This document shows, piece after piece, positions 1 through 13,497 of a stretch of DNA of 64,000 nucleotides. Where the stretch lies: assembly GCA_002269645.1 (NCBI GenBank), contig NIVC01001967.1, positions 62,001 through 126,000 of the forward strand, read 5' to 3'. Positions within the stretch are counted from its first letter, which is position 1. Each line of letters begins with the position of its first letter. Under the pieces are notes generated by a model. It worked only from the letters and a program-made list of their open reading frames with translations, was not told where the DNA came from and ran no database searches. Made by a program: the position numbers and the translations under genes. The stretch is from Macrostomum lignano. Lineage: Eukaryota.

Positions 1-31
1 TTTGCTAGTTCATAAACGGTAGAAACAGCGT

Positions 32-332
32 GAACAGCATGAACAGCATGAACAGCATGAACAGCATGAACAGCATGAACAGCATGGACAGCATGGACAA
101 CATGAACAGCATGAACAGCATGAACAGCATGAACAGCATGAACAGCATGGACAGCATGGACAACATGAACAGCATGGACAACATGAACAGCATGAACAGC
201 ATGGACAACATGAACAGCATGGACAGCATGAACAGCATGGACAACATAAAAAACATGGCCAACATGAACAGCATGAACAGCATGAACAGCATGAACAGCA
301 CGAACAGCATGAACAGCATGAACAGCCTGAAC
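32..332. repeat. 9-bp minisatellite (GAACAGCAT)n
   Basis: Roughly 30 tandem GAACAGCAT/GGACAGCAT/GGACAACAT units; this explains the NSM and MLF ORFs in the track. Confidence 0.95.
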
Positions 333-582
333 AGTATAATTGCCCCAGATTTCAAGTCAAACTGCTGCAATTCGTCAACACAACACACCATCAGCTTCCA
401 TTGGTCGAATAGTTGCCGCCCTTGAATTCAGCGGCTTCAATCCTATTGGCTGAGGCCACCGCCAACAGGGAGTTGCCCATTTATTAATGAGATCGCCTGC
501 AAAAAAAACTCGCAACAATTGAAGCAAGGCGCAAACTCGCAGCACTGCAGCTCGATTCCCTGATTTCTGAGTCCCTTCGCCA

Positions 583-2988
583 ATGCTGACTCTCCTAGAC
601 GCAGAAGGTTGCCAGCAGCTGTTGTGTCCCGACAGCCAGTCGCAGTCGTCCGTCGTCACGTCGTTTCAGTCGCGTCAGAACTGCTCCGGCTGTGGCGAAG
701 AAATCCGCGAGCGCTACTTTCTGCAGACTGGTGACAGCGGCTTCTGGCACGCCGAGTGCCTGCGCTGCGCCGCCTGCCAGACACCGCTGGCTCACGAGGT
801 CACGTGCTACTGCAAGCACGGACTGGTGTACTGCAAGCAGGACTATGCTCGGTGAGTGCTTGTCTGCCAATATAGATCAAGCTGATGTGTGCGATGTCAT
901 TTATCATGCAAATATCGGGCCATGCCAGAAGAGCCAACAAGAGAGTCAGGAGTGTCGTGTCAGGAGAGCTGACTACAGAGTCAGGAGTGTCGTGTCAGGA
1001 GAGCTAACTACAGAGTCAGGAGTGTCGTGTCAGGAGAGCTGACTACAGAGTCAGGAGTTTAATGTCAGGAGAGCTGACTACAGAGTCAGGAGTTTAGTGT
1101 CAGGAGAGCTGACTACAGAGTCAGGAGTGTCGTGTCAGGAGAGCTGACTACAGAGAGTCAGAAGCATAGTTTCAGGAGAGCTGACTATAGAGAGTCAGGA
1201 GTATAGTGTCAGGAGAGCTGACTATAGAGAGTCAGGAGTATAGTGTCAGGAGAGCTGACTACAGAGAGTCAGGAGCATAGTGTCAGGAGAGCTGACTATA
1301 GAGAGTCAGGAGTATAGTTTCAGGAGAGCTGACTATAGAGAGTCAGGAGTATAGTGTCAGGAGAGCTGACTATAGAGAGTCAGGAGTATAGTGTCAGGAG
1401 AGCTGACTACAGAGAGTCAGGAGCATAGTGTCAGGAGAGCTGACTATAGAGAGTCAGGAGTATAGTTTCAGGAGAGCTGACTATAGAGAGTCAGGAGCAT
1501 AGTTTCAGGAGAGCTGACTATAGAGAGTCAGGAGTATAGTGTCAGGAGAGCTGACTATAGAGAGTCAGGAGCATAGTTTCAGGAGAGCTGACTATAGAGA
1601 GTCAGGAGCATAGTTTCAGGAGAGCTGACTATAGAGAGTCAGGAGCATAGTGTCAGGAGAGCTGACTATAGAGAGTCAGGAGCATAGTTTCAGGAGAGCT
1701 GACTATAGAGAGTCAGGAGCATAGTGTCAGGAGAGCTGACTATAGAGAGTCAGGAGTATAGTTTCAGGAGAGCTGACTATAGAGAGTCAGGAGTATAGTT
1801 TCAGGAGAGCTGACTATAGAGAGTCAGGAGCATAGTGTCAGGAGAGCTGACTATAGAGAGTCAGGAGTATAGTTTCAGGAGAGCTGACTATAGAGAGTCA
1901 GGAGTATAGTTTCAGGAGAGCTGACTATAGAGAGTCAGGAGTATAGTTTCAGGAGAGCTGACTATAGAGAGTCAGGAGCATAGTTTCAGGAGAGCTGACT
2001 ATAGAGAGTCAGGAGTATAGTGTCAGGAGAGCTGACTATAGAGAGTCAGGAGCATAGTTTCAGGAGAGCTGACTATAGAGAGTCAGGAGCATAGTGTCAG
2101 GAGAGCTGACTATAGAGAGTCAGGAGCATAGTGTCAGGAGAGCTGACTATAGAGAGTCAGGAGTATAGTTTCAGGAGAGCTGACTATAGAGAGTCAGGAG
2201 CATAGTTTCAGGAGAGCTACGAGCATAGCTCTCCTGAAATAGCTCTTCATAGCTCTCCTGTCAGAAGCATAGTTTCGTAACTATAGAGAGTCAGGAACAT
2301 AGTGTCAGGAGAGCTGACTACAGAGTCAGGAGTATAGTGTCAGGAGAGCTGACTACAGAGTCAGGAGTTTAGTGTCAGGAGAGCTAACTACGAGTATAGA
2401 GTCAGGAGTACTTTATAATTAGAATGAAGCATTGTTCAAATCGATGACAATAAACGCCATACATTCAGTAAACAGTAAGGCAGTCAATCATAAATAAATG
2501 CTGAACAATGCCTGCAGGCAAGTTTACCGATCTGCCGTTAAAGTTTTAGTCAAAAGCAGAGCAGAGAGAGTTTCAAGGACTATATATACGAGCTATTATA
2601 TATAGGCGACTTAAATCGCCTGCGGTAGGTTCAGAGTTCAAGCTGTATCGAGTAGAAGTTGAAGAGCGATCGGCTCCTTCAAAGTGGCACCCTGCGGTGC
2701 GGTGTGAACCTCCGGAGGTGTTGGTGGGGGTTGGAAGACCACTGCATATAATGGAGCGAAGACAGACTGGTGGGGGTCTGCAGTTGCTATCGGGGGTCTG
2801 TAGCCCAGTATATTATCCGTCCCCAGTTCTTCCTAAAATAGCTCTTAGGCGAATCGCCATTCCAACAATTGAAAAGCTCTCCAAGTGGCATCGGGGGGGG
2901 GGGGGTGCTTCAGGCAAAAAATCCTCAAAGCGGTGTGGGCTGCGGTTGCGAATTTCATTTGAGGGCATTGGACGCGCTCACACACACA

Positions 2989-3022
<34 letters not shown>

Positions 3023-6000
3023 TAAAATCTTTCGCAACAAAGCTTGAAGGAACAGGGGGGAAGAAGCAGAGGCGGCCGTGATAAAAGAGGCCGCACATCT
3101 GCCGCAGTCGATGGAGTTTCCTCTGCATACACTGCAGAGCCAAGCACGCCTGGATTCAGCATAGTATAGGAACAATCCCGACCCCCGCTGAGACCCCACT
3201 GGTCTAAGGAGCGCCCCATGCTGAGCAGACAAGCTGCCGCTCTCCTTTTCGGCGCTCTTCCTGCCCGCAGCAGCCTCTGTCTTCGAGTAGACTAAAAGTA
3301 TTTAGATGTCGATCTTTCTGCGAGCGACTTCTGTACAAGACTTTGCGTTGACACTGTCCTCTGTTGAATCTGCAGCCTCAAATTATTACCGTGGCTGGCT
3401 ATATGCAGCAGTTTTAGTTTCACTTCATTAGTGAAGTGAAATCTGTGCAATCTGTGCAAAGTCTACAAATAAACCCATGGGAGCTATTGATTCGAATCGA
3501 GGATGACAACAAAATCACAAATCCTGCGCACCGTACCGCCTCGGGTGATTGGGTGCTTGCTTGCAAGGTGTAACAGGAGAGTTAGTTGATTTTGCAGTAT
3601 AAGATCGAACCCCTATGGCGCATGTTTGCTGGCAGACTGAGGCTCAGGCGGTCGCAAAAATGAGCAAAACGAGACTGGATCTATACTATGGCTAGAGGAA
3701 ATCAGCTAGCGTCATGCGCGTCAGCCCCTTGCTTCTTTTTCTGCATGCCTCGAGGCTATATAATATAGAATTCTACGTTGAGCTAACCTCAGCGGAAGCT
3801 GTTCCAGTATAGGATTTCACCACACTGGCAGTCTCCGTAGCCGTGTGCGCATTGACACTCTCTACATCAGGCTAAATGCCCATAGGCGGCAGCAGCTCAG
3901 TCAGAGTGAATCTCTGACGGATGCGTTTCAAAACTGCTTGACAAAGGCGGAGCCAACTGTGGATGAGAGAGTCTGTTTCCTTTGAAGGTGCCTCCTCCCC
4001 CGGCTCTACGTGCTTGATAGAAAAAAGGGGTAAAAGGCATTGAAATATTGCAAAGATAAAGTGTTCACTCAAGCGGGGTCAACAAAGGAATTCGAATAAT
4101 ATGCAACCCGCCGAGCGACCGCGTGCCTGCTTGCCTTTCATCACTGAGCAGGAGCAACTCGCTAGATAGATGATGAGTTTGCCTCTTTGAGACCAATTAT
4201 AAATAGCCGCATTTTCTCCATTTCCGGATCAATAAACTGATGCCGAATGGCACTGCGTCAAGATTGATGCGACTCGATAAAAAAACGCTTCTTAGAGCGC
4301 TGTTGCTAAATCTGTTGACCATGGACCATTTGAAGCAGTCACTGTCGTTAAACTTGGTTCATTCTTATAAGGAGTCTTTGTTTTTAACTCTGACAAACTC
4401 ACCTGTTGGAAATTGCAGGTATAGGAAGGACTTTTCTTTCAGGGAAGATTCCTGTAAATCACGATACGATACTCTCTAAGTGTACTTTGATGCGAAACTT
4501 CGACATCACAGAGTTACTCTTCAGTCCCCCGTTCTATCAGGAAAAGTAACCCTCATTTCAACACATTTTCAACAAATACTCGTCACTTCTTCAGCATCTT
4601 CAAGTGCGGCACCTGCGCCAGATGCGGGCAGAAGATCGACACGAACGAGCTGGTGATGCGAGTGCCCGGCCTGGTGTTCCATTTGGACTGCTTCGCCTGC
4701 GCCACGTGCAGCCGGCGTTTGAGAACCGGTGAGCTCTTCGGCCTGCAGGAGGGCATCGTGTACTGTCGAGACGACTACGAGATACTGTTGCACACGTTGC
4801 GGCATCGCCGACTGTCGGAGGCCTCGTCGACGTCTTTCTGCGCCCAGGCTCCGGCCTTCTACAACGGGACCGGCGCTGTGCAGAAGGGCCGGCCAAGAAA
4901 GAAACGGATCGATGAGGTGGCTTGTGAGTTCAAGCGTTTGGGAACCAGGGGCTGCAACTGTGGATCTGTGCAGTTCCGTGTTCTGCTGGTTTCTAAGAAT
5001 CAGGGGTTGGAATATGAATCTGTGCAGTTCCGTGTTCTGCTGGCTTCTAAGAATCAGGGGCTGCACTGTGGATCTGTGCAGTTTCGTGTTCTGCCGGTTT
5101 CTAAGAATCAGGGGCTGGAATGTGAATCTGGAAAGTTCTGTGTTCTGCTGGTTTCTAAGAATCAGGGGCTGGAATGTGAATCTGGAAAGTTCTGTGTTCT
5201 GCTGGTTTCTAAGAATCAGGGGCTGGAATGTGAATCTGGAAAGTTCCGTGTTCTGCTGGTTTCTAAGAATCAGGGGGCTGCACTGTGGATCTGCGCTGGT
5301 TCCGGGAAGCACATACGAAATTGTCTCTACAAGCTTCTGTGCAGGGCTGCTTTGAAACTTCAAACATTTTTCTTGTTTTTTTTCAACTCACTTCATTCTC
5401 CATCTTCCCTCTCTACCTCTCCTCAAGTGCTGCCTAAAAACCTGTTGAGCACTAAATCTTTTTGAGCTTCCTTTTCTGCTCGTTGGAGAATTTGTTGAGC
5501 CAATCTGATCAGTGATATTTAATTACAGATGAAGAGGCTCTTGAATTGAAAAAAAAATGCTCTCATGACCAAAATGTATTAGATAATGCATTTCATAGAC
5601 CTGACCGCCATCTTGCATGTTTAGAATGTATCGAAAGCCGAAAGCTCCAGCAACAAGTTGAGAGGCACGATTCAATTCTTGTCGGGTCTCCCCATCTCTG
5701 TCTCAGCTGAGCATCACAAACTTTTTATTTACAGCTCGTAGCTTCACATTTTAAGCTTAATATCAAAATTAATAAAATGGCAATAAAACTTGGATTCCAG
5801 TGGAGGACTTCGACCATCGCTCGGAGGAGTACAGCCTCAATAGTCCGCCAAGACAGAAGCGAATGCGAACTTCGTTCAAGCACCACCAGATTCGCACTAT
5901 GAAAGCCTACTTCGGTCTCAACCATAATCCAGATGCTAAAGATCTCAAACAGCTGGCTGAGAAGACTGGCCTATCGAAACGGGTGCTTCAGGTGAGGCTT

Positions 6001-8141
6001 GAAAATTTCTAAGGATATGGGGGCACTGCCCCCTTCCTAGCATTTGAAATTGTTGTTTAACTGCAATTAGGGGAACCATCTAGGGGAGGTCAGTGGGGTC
6101 AGATGCCCTTCTAGTGAATATGGGGGTCATACGAGCTATTCTCTCAAAAAATCTTGCCTCCATCGCTAAAAATTGGCGCTAAAATCTCACCTGCGGCTAG
6201 CGCTAAATTGGCGCTAAAATCTCACCAGCGGCTAGCGCTAAATTGGCGCTAAAATCTCACCTGAGGCTAGCGCTAAATTGGCGCTAAAATCTCACCTGAG
6301 GCTAGCGCTAAATTGGCGCTAAAATCTCACCTGAGGCTAGCGCTAATTAATTGGCGCTAAAATCTCACCTGAGGCTAGCGCTAAATTGGCGCTAAAATCT
6401 CACCTGAGGCTAGCGTTAAATTGGCGCTAAAATCTCACCTGCGGCTAGCGCTAATTAATTGGTGCTAAAATCTCACAAGCGGCTAGCGCTAAATTGGCGC
6501 TAAAATCTCACCTGAGGCTAGCGCTGAATTGGCGCTAAAATCTCACCTAAGGCTAGCGCTAAATTGGCGCTAAAATCTCACCTGCGGCTAGCGCTAAATT
6601 GGCGCTAAAATCTCACCTAAGGCTAGCGCTAAATTGGCGCTAAAATCTCACCTGAGGCTAGCGCTAATTAATTGGCGCTAAAATCTCACCTGAGGCTAGC
6701 GCTAATTAATTGGCGCTAAAATCTCACCTGAGGCTAGCGCTAGTTAATTGGCGCTAAAATCTCACCTGAGGCTAGCGCTAGTTAATTGGCACTAAAATCT
6801 CACCTGAGGCTAGCGCTAGTTAATTGGCGCTAAAATCTCACTTGTGATGCTAAAATAGCCTACAAATATCACGGCTTAAGTCATATTCTACAAAAATAAA
6901 ATTTTAATTTTTAATGCATAAAATTCGCTCATTAGTTGCCTCACCTAAGCCACTGACTCTCCAACTCACCCATACCTCACACTCGCACCCAGAAGCCTCC
7001 CAGAGGCCCAAGTGCCGGTGGCTCAGACCATGTCAGTGGGCACACCAGACTCTCTTGTTCGCCTCCAGTAAGCAAGTTAATGGGACATTTGCACGCAACA
7101 TTTCTCTGCTTCTCTCTCTTCATCTTGAGAGATTTTCTACCTTTTTGCTTTGTCTTATCTTTCTATCGATTTGGTGGCGGCGGGAACTGCAGATCGATTT
7201 GGTTGATTAATCCATACCTGGGAGATTAGCAGGTAAATCCTGAAAAAAAACTAGCACTTTTTTCTGCTATAAAGTCGCTGCTAGTCTGTTGGAAATCTTC
7301 TCCAGAGCTTGTGAGTCACGTGACTATACAGATAATTCGAAAATGCACGCAAAATCAGAAATTACATATTTAAGACAGTGTTCGAATCGCTTTTTGCTTG
7401 CATTTTGCAAAAAATGGTGAGCAAAGTTAAGCAGGATTTGGTCACGGTTAGAAAGCTCAAATTATTAAATACGATGCATGTTCAGTGACAAATTAATTTG
7501 AAGTCCAGCTTATTCAGATTATTCCACATAATCTGATTCTTATTCTTATTCCACACTCACATTGTCCACTCTCCCAATGTCCACTCTCACATTGTCTACT
7601 CTCACATTGTCAACTCTCACATTGTCCACTCTCACATTGTCAACTCTCACATTGTCTACACTCGCATTGTCCACTCTCACGATGTCACTCTCACATCGTC
7701 CACTCTCACACTGTCCACACTCGCATTGTTCACTCTCACATTGTCCACACTCACATTTCCACTCTCACATTGTCTCTCCCACAACAGGTCTGGTTTCAAA
7801 ACGCCAGAGCCAAGTTCCGTCGCAGTCTGCTGAGACAGGAGGTGACGCCAGGTAATCCGGACTCTACTTCTGCTGCCGCTGTGGCCGCCGCCGCCGCCGC
7901 CGCCGCCGCCGCCTCCGACTGCCCAGCAGAGGCCGCAGACGAGTCTGCCACCGTTGGCGTAGCCGACCTGGACCTTCTGGCTGCCAGCAGAGTCGACTCC
8001 ATCTCGGACACTAGCTCCGATTACCTGGAGCTTCGCCTGACGAATGGCGCAGCCGAATACTCTGACTCGGTGCTCGACGACAACTCGAGCTCGGCGATGC
8101 AGCCTGCAGATGCCTGCTGCTCGTCAGGGCTATCGAGCTGA
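583..8141 (+). CDS. Lhx2/9: LIM-homeobox transcription factor, Lhx2/9 (apterous) class; 4 exons visible, 5' end uncertain
   Basis: Exons 599(or ATG 583)-851, 4595-4923, 5801-5991, 7788-8141, with GT-AG ends and matching phases. LIM1 CSGC...WHAECLRCAAC...YCKQDY; LIM2 CARC...FHLDCFACATC...YCRDDY; Lhx2/9 linker NGTGAVQKGRPRKK; homeodomain KRMRTSFKHHQIRTMKAYFGLNHNPDAKDLKQLAEKTGLSKRVLQ|VWFQNARAKFRR. Position 598 is a plausible acceptor (ctgac...tctcctag), so an upstream exon may exist. Confidence 0.95.
940..2410. repeat. 35-37 bp minisatellite in Lhx2/9 intron
   Basis: Unit GTCAGGAGAGCTGACTATAGAGAGTCAGGAGTATAGT (37 bp; 35-bp variants at the ends), about 40 copies; each unit has the inverted repeat CTGACT-N6-AGTCAG. 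Confidence 0.95.
2978..3019. repeat. (CA)n microsatellite
   Basis: Direct reading. Confidence 0.95.
4955..5290. repeat. 54-bp minisatellite in Lhx2/9 intron
   Basis: About 6 copies of ...TTCCGTGTTCTGCTGGTTTCTAAGAATCAGGGGCTGGAATGTGAATCT...; 18-aa periodicity in the overlapping ORFs. Confidence 0.9.
6170..6842. repeat. 35-bp (some 39-bp) minisatellite in Lhx2/9 intron
   Basis: Unit AAATTGGCGCTAAAATCTCACCTGAGGCTAGCGCT, about 18 copies. Confidence 0.95.
7553..7775. repeat. 15-bp minisatellite abutting the last Lhx2/9 splice acceptor
   Basis: Unit CTCACATTGTCCACT, running up to the pyrimidine tract before the AG at 7786-7787. Confidence 0.9.
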
Positions 8142-8271
8142 GCAGCACATCGAGCAGTCAGACACTGTTTACACTCTGTTTTGGTGATACTTTACTGTTT
8201 GTAGTCTCTTCCAAACTCGTTTCATTGACTATCTGATTTTTTTTCTATCGGCCTAGAGAATTAAGAAGCAG

Positions 8272-8690
8272 TTGCTTCTTGCACGGGTCTCTTCTGTCAA
8301 GCCGTCATGTCTTGCACGGGTCTCTTCTTTCAAGCAGTCATGTCTTGCACGGGTCTCTTCTATCAAGCACTTATGTCTTGCACGGGTCTTTTCTATCAAG
8401 CAGTCATGTCTTGCACGGGTCTTTTCTATCAAGCAGTCATGTCTTGCACGGGTCTCTTCTATCAAGCAGTCATGTCTTGCACGGGTCTCTTCTGTCAAGC
8501 AGTCATGTCTTGCACGGGTCTCTTCTATCAAGCAGTCATGTCTTGCACGGGTATCTTCTGTCAAGCAGTCATGTCTTGCACGGGTATCTTCTGTCAAGCA
8601 GTCATGTCTTGCACGGATCTCTTCTATCAAGCAGTCATGTCTTGCACGGGTCTCTTTTATCAAGCAGTCATGTCTTGCACGGGTATCTTT
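8272..8690. repeat. 33-bp minisatellite downstream of the Lhx2/9 stop
   Basis: Unit GTCATGTCTTGCACGGGTCTCTTCTATCAAGCA, about 12 copies. Confidence 0.95.
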
Positions 8691-11600
8691 ATTTACTCGC
8701 TTTTGTCGTACTCAATTAAGTTTTTGTGTAGTGCTGATTAAAAAAATTATATAATGGATGCTTTACCCAGCCACTGCTACAAGAGTCCATCGGTTTCTCT
8801 GTCGTACTCAACTTACCACTCGAACAATATCAATCATAACCGTGCATAGCTCTAAACTAGCGCGCCCGGCAGCAGATGCACCCAAGGACAATTCGAAATA
8901 AATTCGATTCTCTCTCTATAGCTGTACCGCAGTTGCCAATGCACTAGCTATTGAACCAATATTGCACCCTGGCACCACATTTTGCACCTTCTGTAATTAC
9001 TTGTTAATTAGCACAATTAGGAACTACATTATCTATCTAGCCGCAGTTTATTAGCTCAGCAACAATACTACACGGGGATTTCTAAGATTCAGCCTGAAAT
9101 GAACTTATTAGGAACCAAGTGACTGTTTTGCTTAAATGACTTAGTTTTTATTAGTTCAGTGCAAAATTGGTTTCCAATTGAGTTAGCTATTGAAATACAT
9201 ATATATCTGTGCATCGAATGTAAATATTGGACTGTGGCTAGTTATATAAAGAAACGAATTTGATCAAAAAATTTATTCTTTGCTTTTGTTGCTTTTAAAA
9301 GCCGGATTGTTAGAAGCCAATAAAACTCTTAAAAATCTTTACAGTTAAATCCACCAAGAAACTGTCAGGGAAACCGCTGGTGAAAAACTTACACAGGAAA
9401 ACATTTAACTCGAGTGAGTCTAGTCATCGAACTCAAGGGTTCCCCTCTGGTTGAGAAGTGGCCAATGGCAGCTCAAGAGTTCCAAGATTTGCCGCCGCGC
9501 ACTGAAGAACTGATGGTGGCATCCCGCTGTGCCAGCGCCATTCAAGATGAAGAATGCAGAATTAATGGCAAAAAAAGATTGAGCCGGAGAAACATTGCAG
9601 ATGAAAACATCCTCTTGACGCTGCGTGCTTCGATTTGAAATCCGACACCAGCAGTTCCACCGGCTTCTGGGTGACAGTTCAGCTCACAGTAGGCCTCTCC
9701 ACTGGACTCCGGTTTCCTCTCGAGTCCGCCTGGCTAATCCTATTGTTAAGCCTTGTTGATATAAGAGGTCGCCGTTGCATGACGTCATTTGATCCGTTTT
9801 GACTCGGCCTCTCCTTGGTCGGTGCTGGGGCCCAAGGTTGCCGATATCATTAGACACACAGTTACCTGAGTAGACATTTAGGCACTGGCTTGTTGCTAAA
9901 ATATTTTATTTATGTAGATACCTGCTTAAACACATAGTTTCACAAGTCCTAAAATTAGAACTCAAAATGTATGCTCTTGATTTTATGGGCTGCATTGTCT
10001 TAGACATAAACCACAGGGATACATCATTTTCTTTTGCTTTCTAAGAAACATGACATCAAGCCTGACTTAATGGTCCAAGCAAAAACTGATTTCAAAGCTA
10101 CTAACTCCCATCTGTTGTGGTTCTACAAGTTGAAACAGACGCCATCGCAGTCTCATCCAGTTGCAATTCGTAAATGACTGCATAGAAACTTTTTAATTAG
10201 TGAAAAAGGCATCTTCAACTACAGGCCTACCTACTGTGGCAGTGTCGCCAAAAAGCATACAATCAGCGAGGACGCACAACTCGATACAGACACCCCCCCA
10301 AAGTGATCTGTCTGACTGCTTGTGAACAGCCAATCCCCCTGTTTTGTAACGAACAGCCTCCGAAAATGCCAGGTCAGTGCAGCTGCGCAAGTTGCGCCAG
10401 ATTTGCGAAGCTGTGCTAACGAGCAAAAAGCGATCGATGTAGAAAACCGGTTTAAGAAGACGACACCGAAGGTGCAAAAATATGGCTTTAGTGTCGCATA
10501 TTGCAGATACAACACCGAATCAGTTGAATTTATACGCTATAGCCTATCCAGTTTCTGTTGTTGAAATTTTTTTCTCGCGAATCTTGAAAAGCTAAAAAGC
10601 AGATATTCATTCATGCATGGGATCCCGCTCTAGAAGATCTGTAGGACAGTGGGGAAAAAGTTTTTTGAACGCATCTTATGGGATTGCATAATCTATCTGG
10701 CTGCCTGTCCCTCAGAGGGGAACTCAGCCGCTCCCGGCTCTGTTCCCCTCTCTGAGCATCCCTACTGCAAAGAATCAAGCCACAATAAGTGGCCTCGTTA
10801 ATCCGTAACAAGGCTGAAAGACAACTTTGTGTCTTCGCGGGGGTGCTTTTCCGATGTCTTCACCCAAAGATCTTCATTTTATTCCCATGCATCCACATAT
10901 TGACTTTGACTGGAACATTTTTCTCTAAGAATCAGATCCGTCTCACTCGCCCACCTTTTTATACCTCGAGGGCAGGTAGCGAGCCCTGTTCCGGCATTAC
11001 TGCTACTCATTTATTCGCTGGTTCGAGTTGGAAACCAGATCAGACAGACGGACTGACAGACTAAAATTCCCTGTGCTTCTCCTTATCTGGGGAAGGACAT
11101 CACAGAAGGATTAATCCGTGATGAAAAAAATTATCTTCGCATATCTCTCTCTCTCTCATTTGTCTTTGACTGACTATGCCTAAAGTGAATAAGATTATTT
11201 CCGGAACTGTAATAGGGACATAGACTTAGCTCTAGATGGCATTTTGACTGTTTGCCTCCGGGGCTAAGAACCATTAGCCGGTCAGTGGCTGCTGTGCTGG
11301 CATCCCTATTTGTGCTGATGTCTATGATCAAATTATCTACTTGGTTCTCTTAACTATCAACTTGGCTGACAAAAGCAATAGTATTCTTTTATAAGTATGT
11401 AAGCTGACAATATCCGTTCCCGCCGGGATGGTCATCAGGACTGGCCATAGACTATAGCTGCCCCCATACAGTTGACTGGGCTGTACATTGCACTGTACAT
11501 TGCTTATTGCTTATCAACTCATTTCATTACTTTTACCATAGACAATCCAGAGTGAAACGAAAAACTGTCTAAATAAAAACTTTAAATGGTTTCCATTTAC

Positions 11601-12984
11601 ATAAGAATGCTTTAAATAGGAAAATGAAAAACGAAAATTTAATATGCATGTCGGTTTTCTTGAAAATAGACTGAGAAAGTTGTTAAGGCTTTATACGCAA
11701 TTTGAAGCGCATGACAGTTTCAATTTCTTTATGGAATTCAAAATATTTGCCTAAAGTAGAAGTATTTTATATATTTATATCCAGGCTCGCAAAGCAAGTA
11801 TTTAGAGCTTTCAAAAGACGCCTGTAAACTGTACAGGAGAAAGCCCTAATTACATCGTCAGCAATCCAGCCAAGGCGACTCGCTGTGAACATTGGACTCA
11901 TTTTAACGCAAAAATTACAACATTTAGATTGTTGTCATGCATGTAGAAAAGCAAGTTTTTAATGGGGTAAAACTACCTAATTAAAGCTCAATAATTAGCG
12001 CGCCAAGCCAACAGGACTTGGCTACACAGCATATTTTAATCTGTTTGCTGTAGCCGTATGCGAATGTTTGCTCGTCTCAGACGCCCAAGCGGCCAGACAA
12101 TGCGACGCCTCCGAAGTGTCCACAGGCGCACCTTGCAAGCTAAATGTAATTGGCGGGCGCCTCGGTGTCCGCCGCCTGATCACCTGGCATGAACTGATGC
12201 AGAAAAATTACACGGAAAAACTCTCTAAAGATGATTAGATTTTTCCTTTCAAAACTTTTTCAAAATCAGTCGAGCAACAACAAATTTAGCTAAAGCTGGT
12301 TTGTTTTATCGGAGACAAAACACCGGAGAAGCAGTCGATAATAGTGGCGCCATCTGCCCACCCTGTCGCCATACGACGCCTGATAATTTAATGGAGCGAT
12401 TCCAATCTCCTTAGTTGCAGTATAGACTTTCAATGAATCAGCATCATTCCCCGACTTCATAGATAGGCAACACCTCCCGGCAGGTCTTCATCAATGCTAG
12501 CCATATAGCTACCTGTTGAGGTGCCTCTCTTTGATTTTTATCGTTTCTCCTTAACAACGAGAAAGAGGAAACCAGCGGTCAGTTACTAAAAAAATCCGAG
12601 GATCCTTAGCTTCTTGCGTCCCTTCAATATCTGCTGTTCTAATCTTAGGGACCGAGGACAGAAGCTTTTAGGGGTAGAACAATCACCTGCTTATCTGATG
12701 TCCCCTGCGGCATGCGGAATAGCACCGACCTTATCTAAGGAAAACTTATCTAAGTCATGCTGCCAAGAGTATAATTGAGGATATTTTTTACAGAACTTTA
12801 CTAACAGCAAGATTTGCAGAATTCATTATTTTTTAAAACTTAAAGATTTTAACTTTCAAAAAGAGGTGCGCTTTTACATTTTACAGAGCCGTTCCTGCCT
12901 AACATGGCCAGAATAACAGTAGCCGCAGTTCTTTTTATGCGGAAATGAAACTGCACTAGTACACACATTCTTGAGTTTTGAGAC

Positions 12985-13497
12985 TCATTAGCTTCAGAGT
13001 CGGGACTCATTAGCTACAGGATCGGGAATCATTAGCTTCAGCATCGGGACTCATTAGCTTCAGCATCGGGACTCATAGCTTCAGAATCGGGACTCATTAG
13101 CTTCAGAATCGGGACTCATTAGCTTCAGCATCGGGACTCATTAGCTTCTAAATCCGGACTCATTAGCTTCTGGATCGGGACTCATTAGCTTCAGCATCGG
13201 GACTCATTAGCTTCAGCATCGGGACTCATTAGCTTCAGCATCGGGACTCATTAGCTTCAGCATCGGGACTCATTAGCTTCAGCATCGGGACTCATTAGCT
13301 TCAGCATCGGGACTCATTAGCTTATAAATCCGGACTCATTAGCTTCTGGATCGGGACTCATTAGCTTCAGCATCGGGACTCATTAGCTTCAGCATCGGGA
13401 CTCATTAGCTTCTGGATCCGGACTCATTAGCTTCTGGATCGGGACTCATTAGCTTCAGCATGGGGACTCATTAGCTTCAGCATCGGGACTCATTACC
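12985..13497. repeat. 22-bp minisatellite
   Basis: Unit GGGACTCATTAGCTTCAGCATC, about 22 copies. Confidence 0.95.

Noticed and set aside
5-425. ORFs of repeating NSM / MLF tripeptides
   Set aside because: A by-product of a stop-free 9-bp repeat; open on both strands, with no splice link to the Lhx exon.
4419-4479. Possible alternative terminal exon giving a single-LIM Lhx isoform (R|YRKDF...TL*)
   Set aside because: Only an AG with a weak tract; such in-frame stubs arise by chance and there is no transcript evidence.
8253-8754. Four long overlapping ORFs with 11-aa repeats
   Set aside because: They are translations of a 33-bp minisatellite in several frames on both strands.
9630-9740. GACTCCGGTTTCCTC motif reminiscent of conserved SINE cores
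   Set aside because: The match is too short and no tRNA head or tail was recognisable.
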